Notes: generated from the letters alone by a model not told the origin. 24,636 bases of DNA from a virus (IMGVR_UViG_3300017911_001082:1-24636), one strand, 5' to 3'; positions 6,756 through 15,483 are shown, numbered from the stretch's first letter. Numbers and translations are program-made.

Positions 6756-7446
6756 ACATGAACTTCCAGTAATCAAAAAACTTGATTACAAGTTCGATAT
6801 ACAGAAACTCAAATCTGAATTAGATAAGTTTGCCAAGAATAAGGTATGGGATGGACTTGGTTCAGATTACGCACACATGTGTGAGACACACACAAAACTA
6901 CCTAAGATGTTTTTTAAAGAAGAAGAACTGAATGAGGTAGAATGCGTCTGTGATTTAGATTGGGAAACCTCTAGTTATCAACAGTTGAGTCTTACAGAAT
7001 TTGATGAAGAATATGAATTATCACAAAGAATAGAGATGAGTGGTAGTGCATGGGACACTCGTGTGGCAAAGAAAGATCCGAAAGCAGATGAGAGATGGTA
7101 TCGTAAAGTAAAGAATGATGTCCCACCTTATCTTAGAGAAGTTTTAGATACTTTCTATGGATCTCATAGAACTAGATTTGCAAACTTGGCCCCTCACTCT
7201 GAAGTCAAACCTCACATAGACTATGACACTACTTATGGCATCCGTTTGCATATTGCACTTGAGACAAACGATGAGTGTTTCAATGGTGGATGGGATAAAG
7301 ATGGTGTGGAGTATAGAGAACACATTCCTGCAGATGGTTCTGTCTGGATGGTAAATCCAGGCGTAAAACACTATGCAGTAAACGGCGGATCTACACCAAG
7401 GAATCATTTGATAATTAGTTTGGATTCTCAGAAAGTTTTAGAATGA
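6742..7446 (+). CDS. Aspartyl/asparaginyl beta-hydroxylase-family 2OG-Fe(II) oxygenase
   Basis: RFANLAPHSEVKPHID, RLHIAL, WMVNPGVKHYAVNGG, RNHLI (HxD...H...R). Confidence 0.85.
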   Translation: MWKGRHELPVIKKLDYKFDIQKLKSELDKFAKNKVWDGLGSDYAHMCETHTKLPKMFFKEEELNEVECVCDLDWETSSYQQLSLTEFDEEYELSQRIEMSGSAWDTRVAKKDPKADERWYRKVKNDVPPYLREVLDTFYGSHRTRFANLAPHSEVKPHIDYDTTYGIRLHIALETNDECFNGGWDKDGVEYREHIPADGSVWMVNPGVKHYAVNGGSTPRNHLIISLDSQKVLE

Positions 7447-8078
7447 TTTTGAATAAAAGTTTAATAGGTATTCATCATATAATTTTTATTTGCAGTCTCG
7501 TTTTGATTGGTGGTTGGTATATACCTTTGACCATTCTTAGTGGATTTTTGTTTACTAGAATAATTGCAGAAGAGATTTTACACAAAGGTATATCTCATAG
7601 AAAATATAAAAGACATAATATTTTAGATTGGTTCTATTGTTTCTGTGCGGTCTTGTTAGGTCAAGGATCTACAATTGGATGGTCTAATATTCATAGACAG
7701 CACCATGCGAATACTGATACCGAACAAGATCCTCAGAGTATATTTCATAATACATTTTTGTCAGTTTATGGAGGAGTTTTTTATCCTAAGAAAAAATTCA
7801 TGGCAAAAGATCTAATAAGATCGAAAGCGCATTTATTTACACATAAACATTATAACACTCTTCATATCGCAATATGCCTTTTGCTGTTATTATCTGAACC
7901 ATTACTTTTATCTTTTGTCTCAGCGGGTATTGTATATTCGTTTCACGCATTAGGAATAACAAACACTCTTGGACATACAGGGTGGAATTCTTGGATTGGT
8001 AGAGTTGTGGGGTTTACTAGAGAAAGTCATGACTATCATCATCAGTTCCCACAGAGTGATAAGTACAGGATTTTCTAA
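7443..8078 (+). CDS. Membrane fatty-acid desaturase 2
   Basis: His boxes HKGISH, HRQHH, HDYHH; TDTEQDP; NTLGH. Confidence 0.85.
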   Translation: MILNKSLIGIHHIIFICSLVLIGGWYIPLTILSGFLFTRIIAEEILHKGISHRKYKRHNILDWFYCFCAVLLGQGSTIGWSNIHRQHHANTDTEQDPQSIFHNTFLSVYGGVFYPKKKFMAKDLIRSKAHLFTHKHYNTLHIAICLLLLLSEPLLLSFVSAGIVYSFHALGITNTLGHTGWNSWIGRVVGFTRESHDYHHQFPQSDKYRIF

Positions 8079-8710
8079 TGAAAAAACTTTCTTTATTTCC
8101 AACTGAAGTGATTGAAGATTTTATCGATGAAGAGTTTCGATTAGAACTCTTGAGAATATGTGATAAACATTTAGAAGGTAGACAGGATTCAAGACTGATA
8201 CCAGATGACCCTGTTGTGGGTAGAAGTACATATGAAAGTTATCTAGAAGTATATGATGACATTATGAACGAACCTGCAATAAAACTTTTATATGAAAAAT
8301 TAAAAAGTACCTATGTACCTGCATTGTTTGAAGGCAGAGGTGAGGTTGTTTCTCAGAATAAAACTTTTCTAACTAGTAAGTATGATGAGGACGACTTCTT
8401 TGATCCTGCAAAGTGGCATGTATTTTTTACTGACATGTCAAAAGGTTGTTCTTTAGACAAACATTGGCACACAGGAAATCCACTAACTGGAATAATATAT
8501 CTTGAGTGTGATGAAGATGTTCCACCGCTAACTTTATATGAACCTAGACCTTGGGCTCAAATATTAGAACATTATAATGGTATGAAAAAAGAAATAAATT
8601 TATCGGCAGAAACTGGTAAACTTTTGTTGTGGGATAGTTTCGGATTGATGCATGGAGTGAAAGAAATGACTTCTGATGGTAGTAGAAAGACTTTGGTGTT
8701 TGGATTATGA
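8078..8710 (+). CDS. Putative 2OG-Fe(II) oxygenase (TIGR02466-like, HxH type)
   Basis: HWH..LTGIIYL, LYEPRP, GKLLLWDS..MHGV, RKTLVF. Confidence 0.75.
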   Translation: MKKLSLFPTEVIEDFIDEEFRLELLRICDKHLEGRQDSRLIPDDPVVGRSTYESYLEVYDDIMNEPAIKLLYEKLKSTYVPALFEGRGEVVSQNKTFLTSKYDEDDFFDPAKWHVFFTDMSKGCSLDKHWHTGNPLTGIIYLECDEDVPPLTLYEPRPWAQILEHYNGMKKEINLSAETGKLLLWDSFGLMHGVKEMTSDGSRKTLVFGL

Positions 8711-9147
8711 ATGAATACTATTATGAAGAGATTGACTGGTTGCCAGAAATTCCTGATCATCTGATTTTACCTTTAAATGAAATTTTACAGTTGGAGAATC
8801 TATTTCCAGTTCCAGAGATGATAGATACTTATGCAAGTTTTAAAGTACAGGATAATTTATCTGATTTTGTGAATAAATACTTTGACTATGAAGTAAACGT
8901 GAAATATCAAGTCATTAGAAAAGAACTTCCTGTTCATACAGACTTTGGTGTGGGTGATGTAAAATTTAATTATATCGTAGATACTGGTGGAGATGTTACG
9001 ACAAGATGGTGGGATGAGGACCACTGGAACATTTTACACGAAACAATATGTAAAGAAAGAACTTGGCACAAATTGAGAATAGATGTCCCACATGACATCA
9101 CGCCGCCGTCAACCCCAAGAATAACAATCGTCGCACGAAGGAAATAA
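8707..9147 (+). CDS. Small 2OG-Fe(II)/cupin-fold oxygenase-like protein
   Basis: LPVHTD..KFNYIV..WHKLRIDVPHDI..RITI. Confidence 0.65.
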   Translation: MNEYYYEEIDWLPEIPDHLILPLNEILQLENLFPVPEMIDTYASFKVQDNLSDFVNKYFDYEVNVKYQVIRKELPVHTDFGVGDVKFNYIVDTGGDVTTRWWDEDHWNILHETICKERTWHKLRIDVPHDITPPSTPRITIVARRK

Positions 9148-9148
9148 A

Positions 9149-9682
9149 ATGAGCACTCTATATCACGAATTAACAGATCGTCAACTGACAGATGCTGAAG
9201 TATCATCACTATTAGATTACGCAAGTGACGTAGAAGATCAAAAAGACATACACAGAGACCCTGATGGGTTCACTGATAACGATGGAAATACCTCTTATGA
9301 GTTTTCTGATTTTCAATTTTGTATTGTTGATAATTCAGTCAACAACGATGTAGTTACAAAGATTAGAAATTTTTTACCTTCTAATCGACATGTTGAAAAT
9401 ATGATGTTCGTTTGGATCAATAATGCTTTTGATTATCATAAAGAGATTAGAAAATGTTGTTTGATAGTTCCTCTATTAGAAACTCCATCTCCCCTGAAGT
9501 TTGTAGAATCAGATGATTTTTCTGAAGAATTGGGAAGTTACACTTTCACTAAAGGTTTGCCAGTTCTCATAGATACTCAATATACACATCTTGGGGATAG
9601 AGATAACACAACCCCTCAACAATTTTTTGAATTGAGTTTTAGTGATGACTATGCAACAGTCTCGTCTTGGTATAATGAATAA
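9149..9682 (+). CDS. Divergent cupin/2OG-Fe(II)-like protein
   Basis: YHKE..CLIVPL..PVLIDTQYTH..FELSF; the usual 2OG-binding Arg is not evident. Confidence 0.5.
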   Translation: MSTLYHELTDRQLTDAEVSSLLDYASDVEDQKDIHRDPDGFTDNDGNTSYEFSDFQFCIVDNSVNNDVVTKIRNFLPSNRHVENMMFVWINNAFDYHKEIRKCCLIVPLLETPSPLKFVESDDFSEELGSYTFTKGLPVLIDTQYTHLGDRDNTTPQQFFELSFSDDYATVSSWYNE

Positions 9683-10370
9683 GTATAAGATTAGAATACT
9701 ACAACTCTTTTTCCTACTAACAACCTTAGTAGGTATTAGTTACTATGGACCATTTTCTTTGATCCTTAGTGGAGTCCTTTATGTTTTGTTCGAAGTGTTT
9801 GTGGGTAATGCAACTCTACACAGATATTATGGTCATCGTAGTTTTGAGATGTCTTATAATAAAGAGTCAATACTGAGATGGTTGGCCCATCATATTGGTG
9901 TAGGATCTGTCATTGGGTGGACTGGTCATCATCGATGGCATCATAAGTATAGTGATACTGATAAAGATCTTCACTCTCCAACTAAACAAGGTATACTTCA
10001 TATTTTATTCGGAGTATGGGATGCGAATATCCCTAGAAGTATGATAAAAGATTTGTTACGAGATCAATCTCTGATTTGGTGGCACAAAAATTATTTTAAA
10101 TATCACATTGGTGTCATTGTGACTTTGGGTATTGTGTCACCTTGGATGTTAGTTTTTGTTTATGCCATACCCAATCTATTATGTTTGATTAGTGGATATA
10201 TTCTCGCTATTGTTCCTCATATGACAGGAGAAGTAAAAAACAATTTAATCACAGATATCGTAACATTGGGTGAAGGTAATCATAAGTTTCATCACGATAA
10301 CCCTAATGCATATAGATTTGGTAAATATGACATAACTGGTATTGTGATTGATAAATTCTTAAAGTTATGA
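9675..10370 (+). CDS. Membrane fatty-acid desaturase 3 (delta-9-like)
   Basis: His boxes HRYYGH, HRWHH, GEGNHKFHH; DTDKDLHSP; ATG 9675 overlaps the upstream gene end. Confidence 0.9.
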   Translation: MNKYKIRILQLFFLLTTLVGISYYGPFSLILSGVLYVLFEVFVGNATLHRYYGHRSFEMSYNKESILRWLAHHIGVGSVIGWTGHHRWHHKYSDTDKDLHSPTKQGILHILFGVWDANIPRSMIKDLLRDQSLIWWHKNYFKYHIGVIVTLGIVSPWMLVFVYAIPNLLCLISGYILAIVPHMTGEVKNNLITDIVTLGEGNHKFHHDNPNAYRFGKYDITGIVIDKFLKL

Positions 10371-10861
10371 ATCTAATAACAGTCAAACCAATCAATGAAG
10401 TACTAAAAGAATTTGAACAGTTGGTGATAAAAAATGATCCCAACGACTATTACTATCATTGGTTTGATAATGACAGATTGAATGGTCATCATGGATTTGA
10501 ATTCGAGAATATAGAACTCGTATTATTAGATAACGCCCCAATCGCTTTCAGTGGGTGTTCTATAGTTGAAGGTAAACTAAGAGTATTACAACAATTATAC
10601 ACACTTCCCCAACACCGTAAGAAGTATCGAGACACCGCTATACGAGAAGGTGGGTTTATTGATAGACATATACAAACGGCGAAACGTCTTGATATTGATA
10701 CGTTATTAGTTGCAGTACATACATTTAATCAGAAAACTAAAACTATGGAAAATGTCTGGTTGAATAAAAGACATAAGTACAGACATTTTAAAAACTTTGA
10801 ATATAAAGGTGTTAAACTAATTAATAACTATGATCAACATTTGTTTGAGATGAAAATATGA
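10367..10861 (+). CDS. GNAT-like acyl/acetyltransferase
   Basis: LVLLDNAPIAFSG...LRVLQQLYTLPQHRK resembles GNAT beta4/motif A. Confidence 0.5.
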   Translation: MNLITVKPINEVLKEFEQLVIKNDPNDYYYHWFDNDRLNGHHGFEFENIELVLLDNAPIAFSGCSIVEGKLRVLQQLYTLPQHRKKYRDTAIREGGFIDRHIQTAKRLDIDTLLVAVHTFNQKTKTMENVWLNKRHKYRHFKNFEYKGVKLINNYDQHLFEMKI

Positions 10862-11469
10862 TAGAACTTTTAGTTTGTTACAAACCTGACACTGAGAAAA
10901 GAAAAAGAAATAAAAAAAGGTTTCTAGAATATTGGAAGGATTGGAACGTAACACTACTTGAAGATTACAATGAACGTGCACCTGCGTTCAATCAGGCTGC
11001 GAAGAAATCTAGTAGTGAGTTTATCGCATTGACTGACATTGATGCGATAGTTCCATATAAACAAATGCAAACGTTGGGCGATGTTACTTACCCATACTCT
11101 CAAATATACAACATAGATGAAGATGATGGTATAGGAAAGTCTTGGGGTCGTTATTGGAGATATGGTTTAATGATAATCTTCAATAGAGAAAAATTCTTAG
11201 AATTTGGTGGAGAGAACGAAGAGTTTCGTGGATATGGGTGGGACGATTTAGAAAGATATTTTCGAGCCTTGAACTACGGTTTATCTGTCAGACAAGTAGA
11301 AGGTCCTGCATATCATATGGAACATGATGAACTCAACCATAAAAGACATCAAAGTTTAAACCCTCATTATATGAAGAATTGGCAATTGATGCAAAGAGAA
11401 AGAGTCAAGTATGAAATAGGCAGTCTAGTTGGGAATAACCCCAACGATGTGGACTCTCTCTTCAAATGA
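10858..11469 (+). CDS. GT-A glycosyltransferase (GT2/GT7-like)
   Basis: RAPAFNQAA, FIALTDID (DxD), FNREKFLEFGGENEEFRGYGWDD, YHMEH. Confidence 0.85.
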   Translation: MIELLVCYKPDTEKRKRNKKRFLEYWKDWNVTLLEDYNERAPAFNQAAKKSSSEFIALTDIDAIVPYKQMQTLGDVTYPYSQIYNIDEDDGIGKSWGRYWRYGLMIIFNREKFLEFGGENEEFRGYGWDDLERYFRALNYGLSVRQVEGPAYHMEHDELNHKRHQSLNPHYMKNWQLMQRERVKYEIGSLVGNNPNDVDSLFK

Positions 11470-11877
11470 TGCATTCACAAAAGTATGTTTCTTCCTAGTG
11501 TCTATTAAGTAATGATTTCCATCTGCAGGTAATCTTACAACCTCATCCTCAATAACAAAAAAACAATTTTCGTTTGTAATAAGGGGAATGTGCATTCTTT
11601 GCGTTTGATCCCAATGATAAGAATAACAATATTTTGGTGGCATCCTCATAACTCTCGTTCTACACATTCCTAACTTTTCAATGATAGAGTTGGTATATCG
11701 TAAATTAAATAATGGTACATTGAATGATACTTCTGGATGATCTGTATTGAAAGAAAACCCAGTACCATAAAAAGGATCTAAATCTGTATTTTCTTCTACG
11801 GTTTGTAACATGATCTGGTCTTCGAACTCTGGTAGTTGTTCAATCTCAAGCAGAATTCTTTCAATATCTATCGACAT
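11425..11877 (-). CDS. Aspartyl/asparaginyl beta-hydroxylase-like 2OG-Fe(II) oxygenase
   Basis: RTRVMRMPP..YSYHWD..RMHIPLITN..HTFVN..RVHIV. Confidence 0.8.
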   Translation of the reverse strand: MSIDIERILLEIEQLPEFEDQIMLQTVEENTDLDPFYGTGFSFNTDHPEVSFNVPLFNLRYTNSIIEKLGMCRTRVMRMPPKYCYSYHWDQTQRMHIPLITNENCFFVIEDEVVRLPADGNHYLIDTRKKHTFVNASFEERVHIVGVIPN

Positions 11878-12290
11878 ATAGTTATTTCCTTTATTCTATA
11901 CTTTTGTTGCAAAACCCAATGAATTGATTGACAACATTCGTCAACATCTAATTTTGGTTCGTCAACGTCCTTTGACCTCTCAGTATCAATATATCCAAAA
12001 TTCATACACGTAACGTTGTGCCCTCTCATAAATTCTAAATGGTTTGCTTCACGCAACGCTCTCTTCTCAACAGCATAGTCGCTTGTCCATGTAAAGTCTA
12101 TTGCGTGAGATCCGATACTTATGACTCTTTTTCCAAGTGAACATGCTTTGTATAACATTTCAACTTGTGAAAACCCATCGTGTTTGTTATTTATGAATAC
12201 ATCACAATCTTCTAAGGAATTGCAATTTCCGTAATAGTCTTGTAGTGCTTCACCTAGCCCTCTGCGGGTTCCTGTTATATAAAATTTCAT
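11868..12290 (-). CDS. Minimal short-chain dehydrogenase/reductase-like protein
   Basis: ITGTRRGLG (TGxxxGxG), DVFINN, ISIGS, YAVEK (YxxxK), FGYIDT. Confidence 0.8.
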   Translation of the reverse strand: MKFYITGTRRGLGEALQDYYGNCNSLEDCDVFINNKHDGFSQVEMLYKACSLGKRVISIGSHAIDFTWTSDYAVEKRALREANHLEFMRGHNVTCMNFGYIDTERSKDVDEPKLDVDECCQSIHWVLQQKYRIKEITICR

Positions 12291-12308
12291 AAAGTTATAT
12301 ATAAGTCT

Positions 12309-13016
12309 ATGAGAGATAAAATAAAAAAATCATCAAAGAGTTCTTTTCATGCTCAAAGAAATTGGGATAGATCAAAATCAGTTCCTTGGGAAGATATTGA
12401 CACCCTACTAAGTGTTATAAAAAACTCCCCAACAAAACAGGCAGAAACTCATTACAAAGTTTTTTGGACCGATGATCAAGATCTCATATACAAAATCTAT
12501 AGAAAAACAAAACATTTTGCTGTTACCCCACAAGGTAGTTTTGAATTCACAGATTCTGACGGTAAAACTGAAAAGGACTATAACGTTAGAAACTCTCAAG
12601 TATATTCTAATGTCCTTTTTGCCTTTGCGTTTGATTGGAATCAAGAAGAAGCAAGATCTAACATTCATGCCATTGTTGACATAGACCAAGGAAACGTCAA
12701 TGCACTAAGAGAAAAAGATCAACAACGTTGTTACAGTATGGGTATTGCTATTGGAGAACTGATATTATCCGCAAATCTTTTAGGATATAAGACAGGGATT
12801 TGTTCAGCGTTCTGGCCGAATGAAATAGAACAATACTTTGATGGTGAAACTATTTCTGTTCTTGTTGGTGTGGGACACCCATCAGACAGACTTAGGACAG
12901 AACACGAAGAAGTTCTCAATAAGGATATAGTTGCAGTTGATAGACGCACTGGTGAAGATGATGAGAAATGGATCTTTCCTGCTTTTGAGAAAAAAATGCA
13001 AATTAAACGAATTTAG
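12309..13016 (+). CDS. Nitroreductase-family flavoprotein
   Basis: QRNWD..SPTKQ, SMGIAIGELILSANLLGYKTGICSAF, VLVGVGHP. Confidence 0.8.
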   Translation: MRDKIKKSSKSSFHAQRNWDRSKSVPWEDIDTLLSVIKNSPTKQAETHYKVFWTDDQDLIYKIYRKTKHFAVTPQGSFEFTDSDGKTEKDYNVRNSQVYSNVLFAFAFDWNQEEARSNIHAIVDIDQGNVNALREKDQQRCYSMGIAIGELILSANLLGYKTGICSAFWPNEIEQYFDGETISVLVGVGHPSDRLRTEHEEVLNKDIVAVDRRTGEDDEKWIFPAFEKKMQIKRI

Positions 13017-13019
13017 TGC

Positions 13020-13048
13020 TTGACATTAGTATTATCTTCTTGTAAGAT
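13020..13048 (+). promoter_or_regulatory. sigma70-type early promoter
   Basis: TTGACA (13020-13025), 17 nt, TAAGAT (13043-13048); upstream A-tract; GAGGAG RBS downstream. Confidence 0.8.
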
Positions 13049-13075
13049 GTATATGTAATCAAGAGGAGATATATC

Positions 13076-13426
13076 ATGTCAATAGTAACAGTAATTCATG
13101 GACAATTCGGCACTCGTTTCGAGGACGAAGAACCTCAAGTTGTTGCAGAAGTAGATACTGGTGAATACACTGGTGAGGCTGCGTTGAACTATGCATATCG
13201 GTTTACTAACAACATCGAAGGTAGTTGGAGCATCAAGGAAGAGTATCTTGGTGAGTACCTAAACGGCGACTACAACGAGAATGTGAAAGTCATCAAACCC
13301 CTATATAAAGATGAGACAGGTAAAGAGTGGGGACACCGTTCTACCTCTATGGGTGATCGCATGATTTGCGATGGAAAGATGTATGAAGTTGCCGCAGTCG
13401 GATTCAAAGAGATAGGTGAATGTTAG
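13076..13426 (+). CDS. YodL-like domain protein
   Basis: GHRSTSMGD...YEVAAVGFKEI resembles the YodL C-terminal motif; strong RBS. Confidence 0.55.
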   Translation: MSIVTVIHGQFGTRFEDEEPQVVAEVDTGEYTGEAALNYAYRFTNNIEGSWSIKEEYLGEYLNGDYNENVKVIKPLYKDETGKEWGHRSTSMGDRMICDGKMYEVAAVGFKEIGEC

Positions 13427-13881
13427 TATATTTTGATATGGATGGAGTTCTTGTCAATTTCCAAAGTGGGATTGACAAACTCACACCAGAACAACTAGAA
13501 GAATACGAGGGACGGTACGACGAGGTGCCTGGCATCTTTGGTCTTATGGAACCCATGGAAGGTGCAATTGACGCCTTCAACGAAATTGCCAAACACTATG
13601 ACGTTTACATTTTATCTACTGCACCTTGGGAGAACCCCACTGCATGGATAGATAAGATTGAATGGGTACAGAAATATATGGGGAAGAACGCATACAAGCG
13701 TCTCATTCTTTCTCATAACAAACATTTGAACATGGGAGATTATCTTATCGATGATCGGACTGCAAACGGTGCAGGAGAGTTCAAAGGAGAACACATTCAT
13801 TTTGGGACCGATAAATTTCCAGACTGGACTTGTGTGAAGAAGTATCTTTTAGAACAGAGGTACAACAAACAACTATTGTAA
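13420..13881 (+). CDS. 5'(3')-deoxyribonucleotidase, HAD superfamily (NT5C-like)
   Basis: YFDMDGVLVNF, YILSTAPW, K.EWV, GDYLIDDR. Confidence 0.9.
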   Translation: MLVYFDMDGVLVNFQSGIDKLTPEQLEEYEGRYDEVPGIFGLMEPMEGAIDAFNEIAKHYDVYILSTAPWENPTAWIDKIEWVQKYMGKNAYKRLILSHNKHLNMGDYLIDDRTANGAGEFKGEHIHFGTDKFPDWTCVKKYLLEQRYNKQLL

Positions 13882-13893
13882 AGGAGACGTTTC

Positions 13894-14037
13894 ATGGAAA
13901 AAACTCTTACTCGTGGGGAACGTATGGATCGAAGTGCAACTGCACGGATCAGACGCAGACTTACAAAAAATATCCGTGAGACTCGAATAATGAATAAGTG
14001 GGCAAAACGACGAAGGTTGCGAAAAAAATTACAATAA
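13894..14037 (+). CDS. Small Arg/Lys-rich protein (47 aa; absent from ORF track)
   Basis: AGGAG RBS; MEKTLTRGERMDRSATARIRRRLTKNIRETRIMNKWAKRRRLRKKLQ*. Confidence 0.65.
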   Translation: MEKTLTRGERMDRSATARIRRRLTKNIRETRIMNKWAKRRRLRKKLQ

Positions 14038-14043
14038 ATTAAA

Positions 14044-14072
14044 AAAAGGGGTTGACAAACCCCTTTTCTTTT
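14044..14072 (+). terminator. Intrinsic terminator hairpin overlapping the next promoter
   Basis: Perfect stem AAAAGGGGTT-GACA-AACCCCTTTT followed by CTTTT. Confidence 0.7.
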
Positions 14073-14080
14073 GGTATTAT
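14052..14080 (+). promoter_or_regulatory. sigma70-type early promoter
   Basis: TTGACA (14052-14057), 17 nt, TATTAT (14075-14080) with extended TG; A-tract UP element. Confidence 0.85.
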
Positions 14081-14109
14081 ATACAAGTAATCAATGAGGA
14101 GAATATATT

Positions 14110-15066
14110 ATGGCACATATGGTTGAAACAATGGCGTATGCAGGTGAAGTTCCTTGGCATGGTCTGGGTGTTCCAGTATCGAATGATCTGACACCTGAAC
14201 AAATGATGGTGAAAGCTGGTGTGGATTGGGAAGTCCACGAAGTTGAGTCATACATCGATTTCAACGGTCAACAAATGAAGACTGGTCAAAAGTCTTTGGT
14301 ACGTGGTACTGATGGTCGTATCCTAACAAACGTAGGTGAGAACTGGAACCCTTGTCAGAACTCAGAAGCGTTTGACTTTTTCCACGAGTATGTAATGGCA
14401 GGTGACATGGAAATGCACACTGCAGGTTCACTACGTGATGGACAGATTGTCTGGGCACTTGCAAAAGTGAAAGACTCATTCGAGATCTTTGGAGAAGACA
14501 AGGTTGATTCTTACCTGTTGTTCTCAAACCCACACCAATACGGTAAGTCAATCAACGTAATGTTCACACCTATTCGTGTCGTGTGTAACAACACTCTGAC
14601 TTTCGCACTTGATGACAAAGATGCGAAACAAGTCAAGGTTGGACACCGCACAGTATTTGATCCATCTACTGTGAAACAACAACTAGGTATCGCCACTGAG
14701 AAAATGGCGAAGTACAAAGAGATCGCTGAGTTCCTTGGTTCCAAGCGTTTCACAACTGACTCTTATGTCGAATACCTAAACGAAGTCTTCCCACGTTCAT
14801 CAGACAAACGTGTACGTGAGGGAATGACACAAGTGGAGACCCTGTCACGCAATGCAAAACTTGCACTTGATGCATTGCACACACAACCAGGCGCAAACTT
14901 TGCCGAAGGTTCATGGTGGCAGGCATTCAACTCTATCACCTACATCACAGACCACGTTCAAGGTCGTAACCAAGAAAACCGTCTGGCAAACTCATGGTTT
15001 GGTTACAACCAAGGTCGTAAACGTGATGCACTACAAACTGCAATCAAATATGCGGAGGCTGCATAA
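14110..15066 (+). CDS. DUF932 / phage-plasmid TIGR03299-like protein
   Basis: MAHMVETMAYAGEVPWHGLG, QNSEAFDFF, TAGSL..G..VWALA, YLLFSNPH, TPIRVVCNNTL, GSWWQAFNSITYITDH. Confidence 0.9.
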   Translation: MAHMVETMAYAGEVPWHGLGVPVSNDLTPEQMMVKAGVDWEVHEVESYIDFNGQQMKTGQKSLVRGTDGRILTNVGENWNPCQNSEAFDFFHEYVMAGDMEMHTAGSLRDGQIVWALAKVKDSFEIFGEDKVDSYLLFSNPHQYGKSINVMFTPIRVVCNNTLTFALDDKDAKQVKVGHRTVFDPSTVKQQLGIATEKMAKYKEIAEFLGSKRFTTDSYVEYLNEVFPRSSDKRVREGMTQVETLSRNAKLALDALHTQPGANFAEGSWWQAFNSITYITDHVQGRNQENRLANSWFGYNQGRKRDALQTAIKYAEAA

Positions 15067-15308
15067 TGTCATATGGAATCGCAAGTGCGGGTGTAACCCG
15101 CTCTGTGCAACGAGACGCCAAGGCAATCGCCTTGGGTCTCCCACGTATTGAATCAGAGATTAAACATCTCGAAGGTTTGAAACGTCGAACTGTACGTTCA
15201 GTGAAACAACGTCTTGAACGACTATATACTGCACGTAATCATCTGGTAAACAGTCCAGAAGACGCAATGAGTTTAGTGGAACAATTGAAGGCAATTCAGA
15301 ATGGCTAA
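15066..15308 (+). CDS. Hypothetical helical protein
   Basis: TAATG coupling to the DUF932 gene; GGAGG RBS. Confidence 0.75.
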   Translation: MSYGIASAGVTRSVQRDAKAIALGLPRIESEIKHLEGLKRRTVRSVKQRLERLYTARNHLVNSPEDAMSLVEQLKAIQNG

Positions 15309-15471
15309 GAAACATGATATCGATCAACTCGCAGATTGGGCACGTGACTGGGGTTTAGAAGGATACGAGGAATACGATCCTAAATGGCGTGATAAGATGC
15401 GCACCCAAGCACTCAAACGTGCCCGACAACGAGAAGAACGTGAAAATCGATACACAAAAGAACGCACTTAG
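15301..15471 (+). CDS. Small hypothetical protein (56 aa; absent from ORF track)
   Basis: MAKKHDIDQLADWARDWGLEGYEEYDPKWRDKMRTQALKRARQREERENRYTKERT*; overlaps the upstream stop and ends inside the terminator. Confidence 0.7.
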   Translation: MAKKHDIDQLADWARDWGLEGYEEYDPKWRDKMRTQALKRARQREERENRYTKERT

Positions 15472-15483
15472 GTGCGTTTTTTT
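15461..15483 (+). terminator. Intrinsic terminator ending the early operon
   Basis: AACGCAC-TTAG-GTGCGTT followed by a T tract. Confidence 0.85.

Noticed and set aside
5885-13050. Integrated element with att repeats at the tmRNA 3' end
   Set aside because: No duplicated CACCTCCACCA seen at the far side of the island and no integrase in the window.
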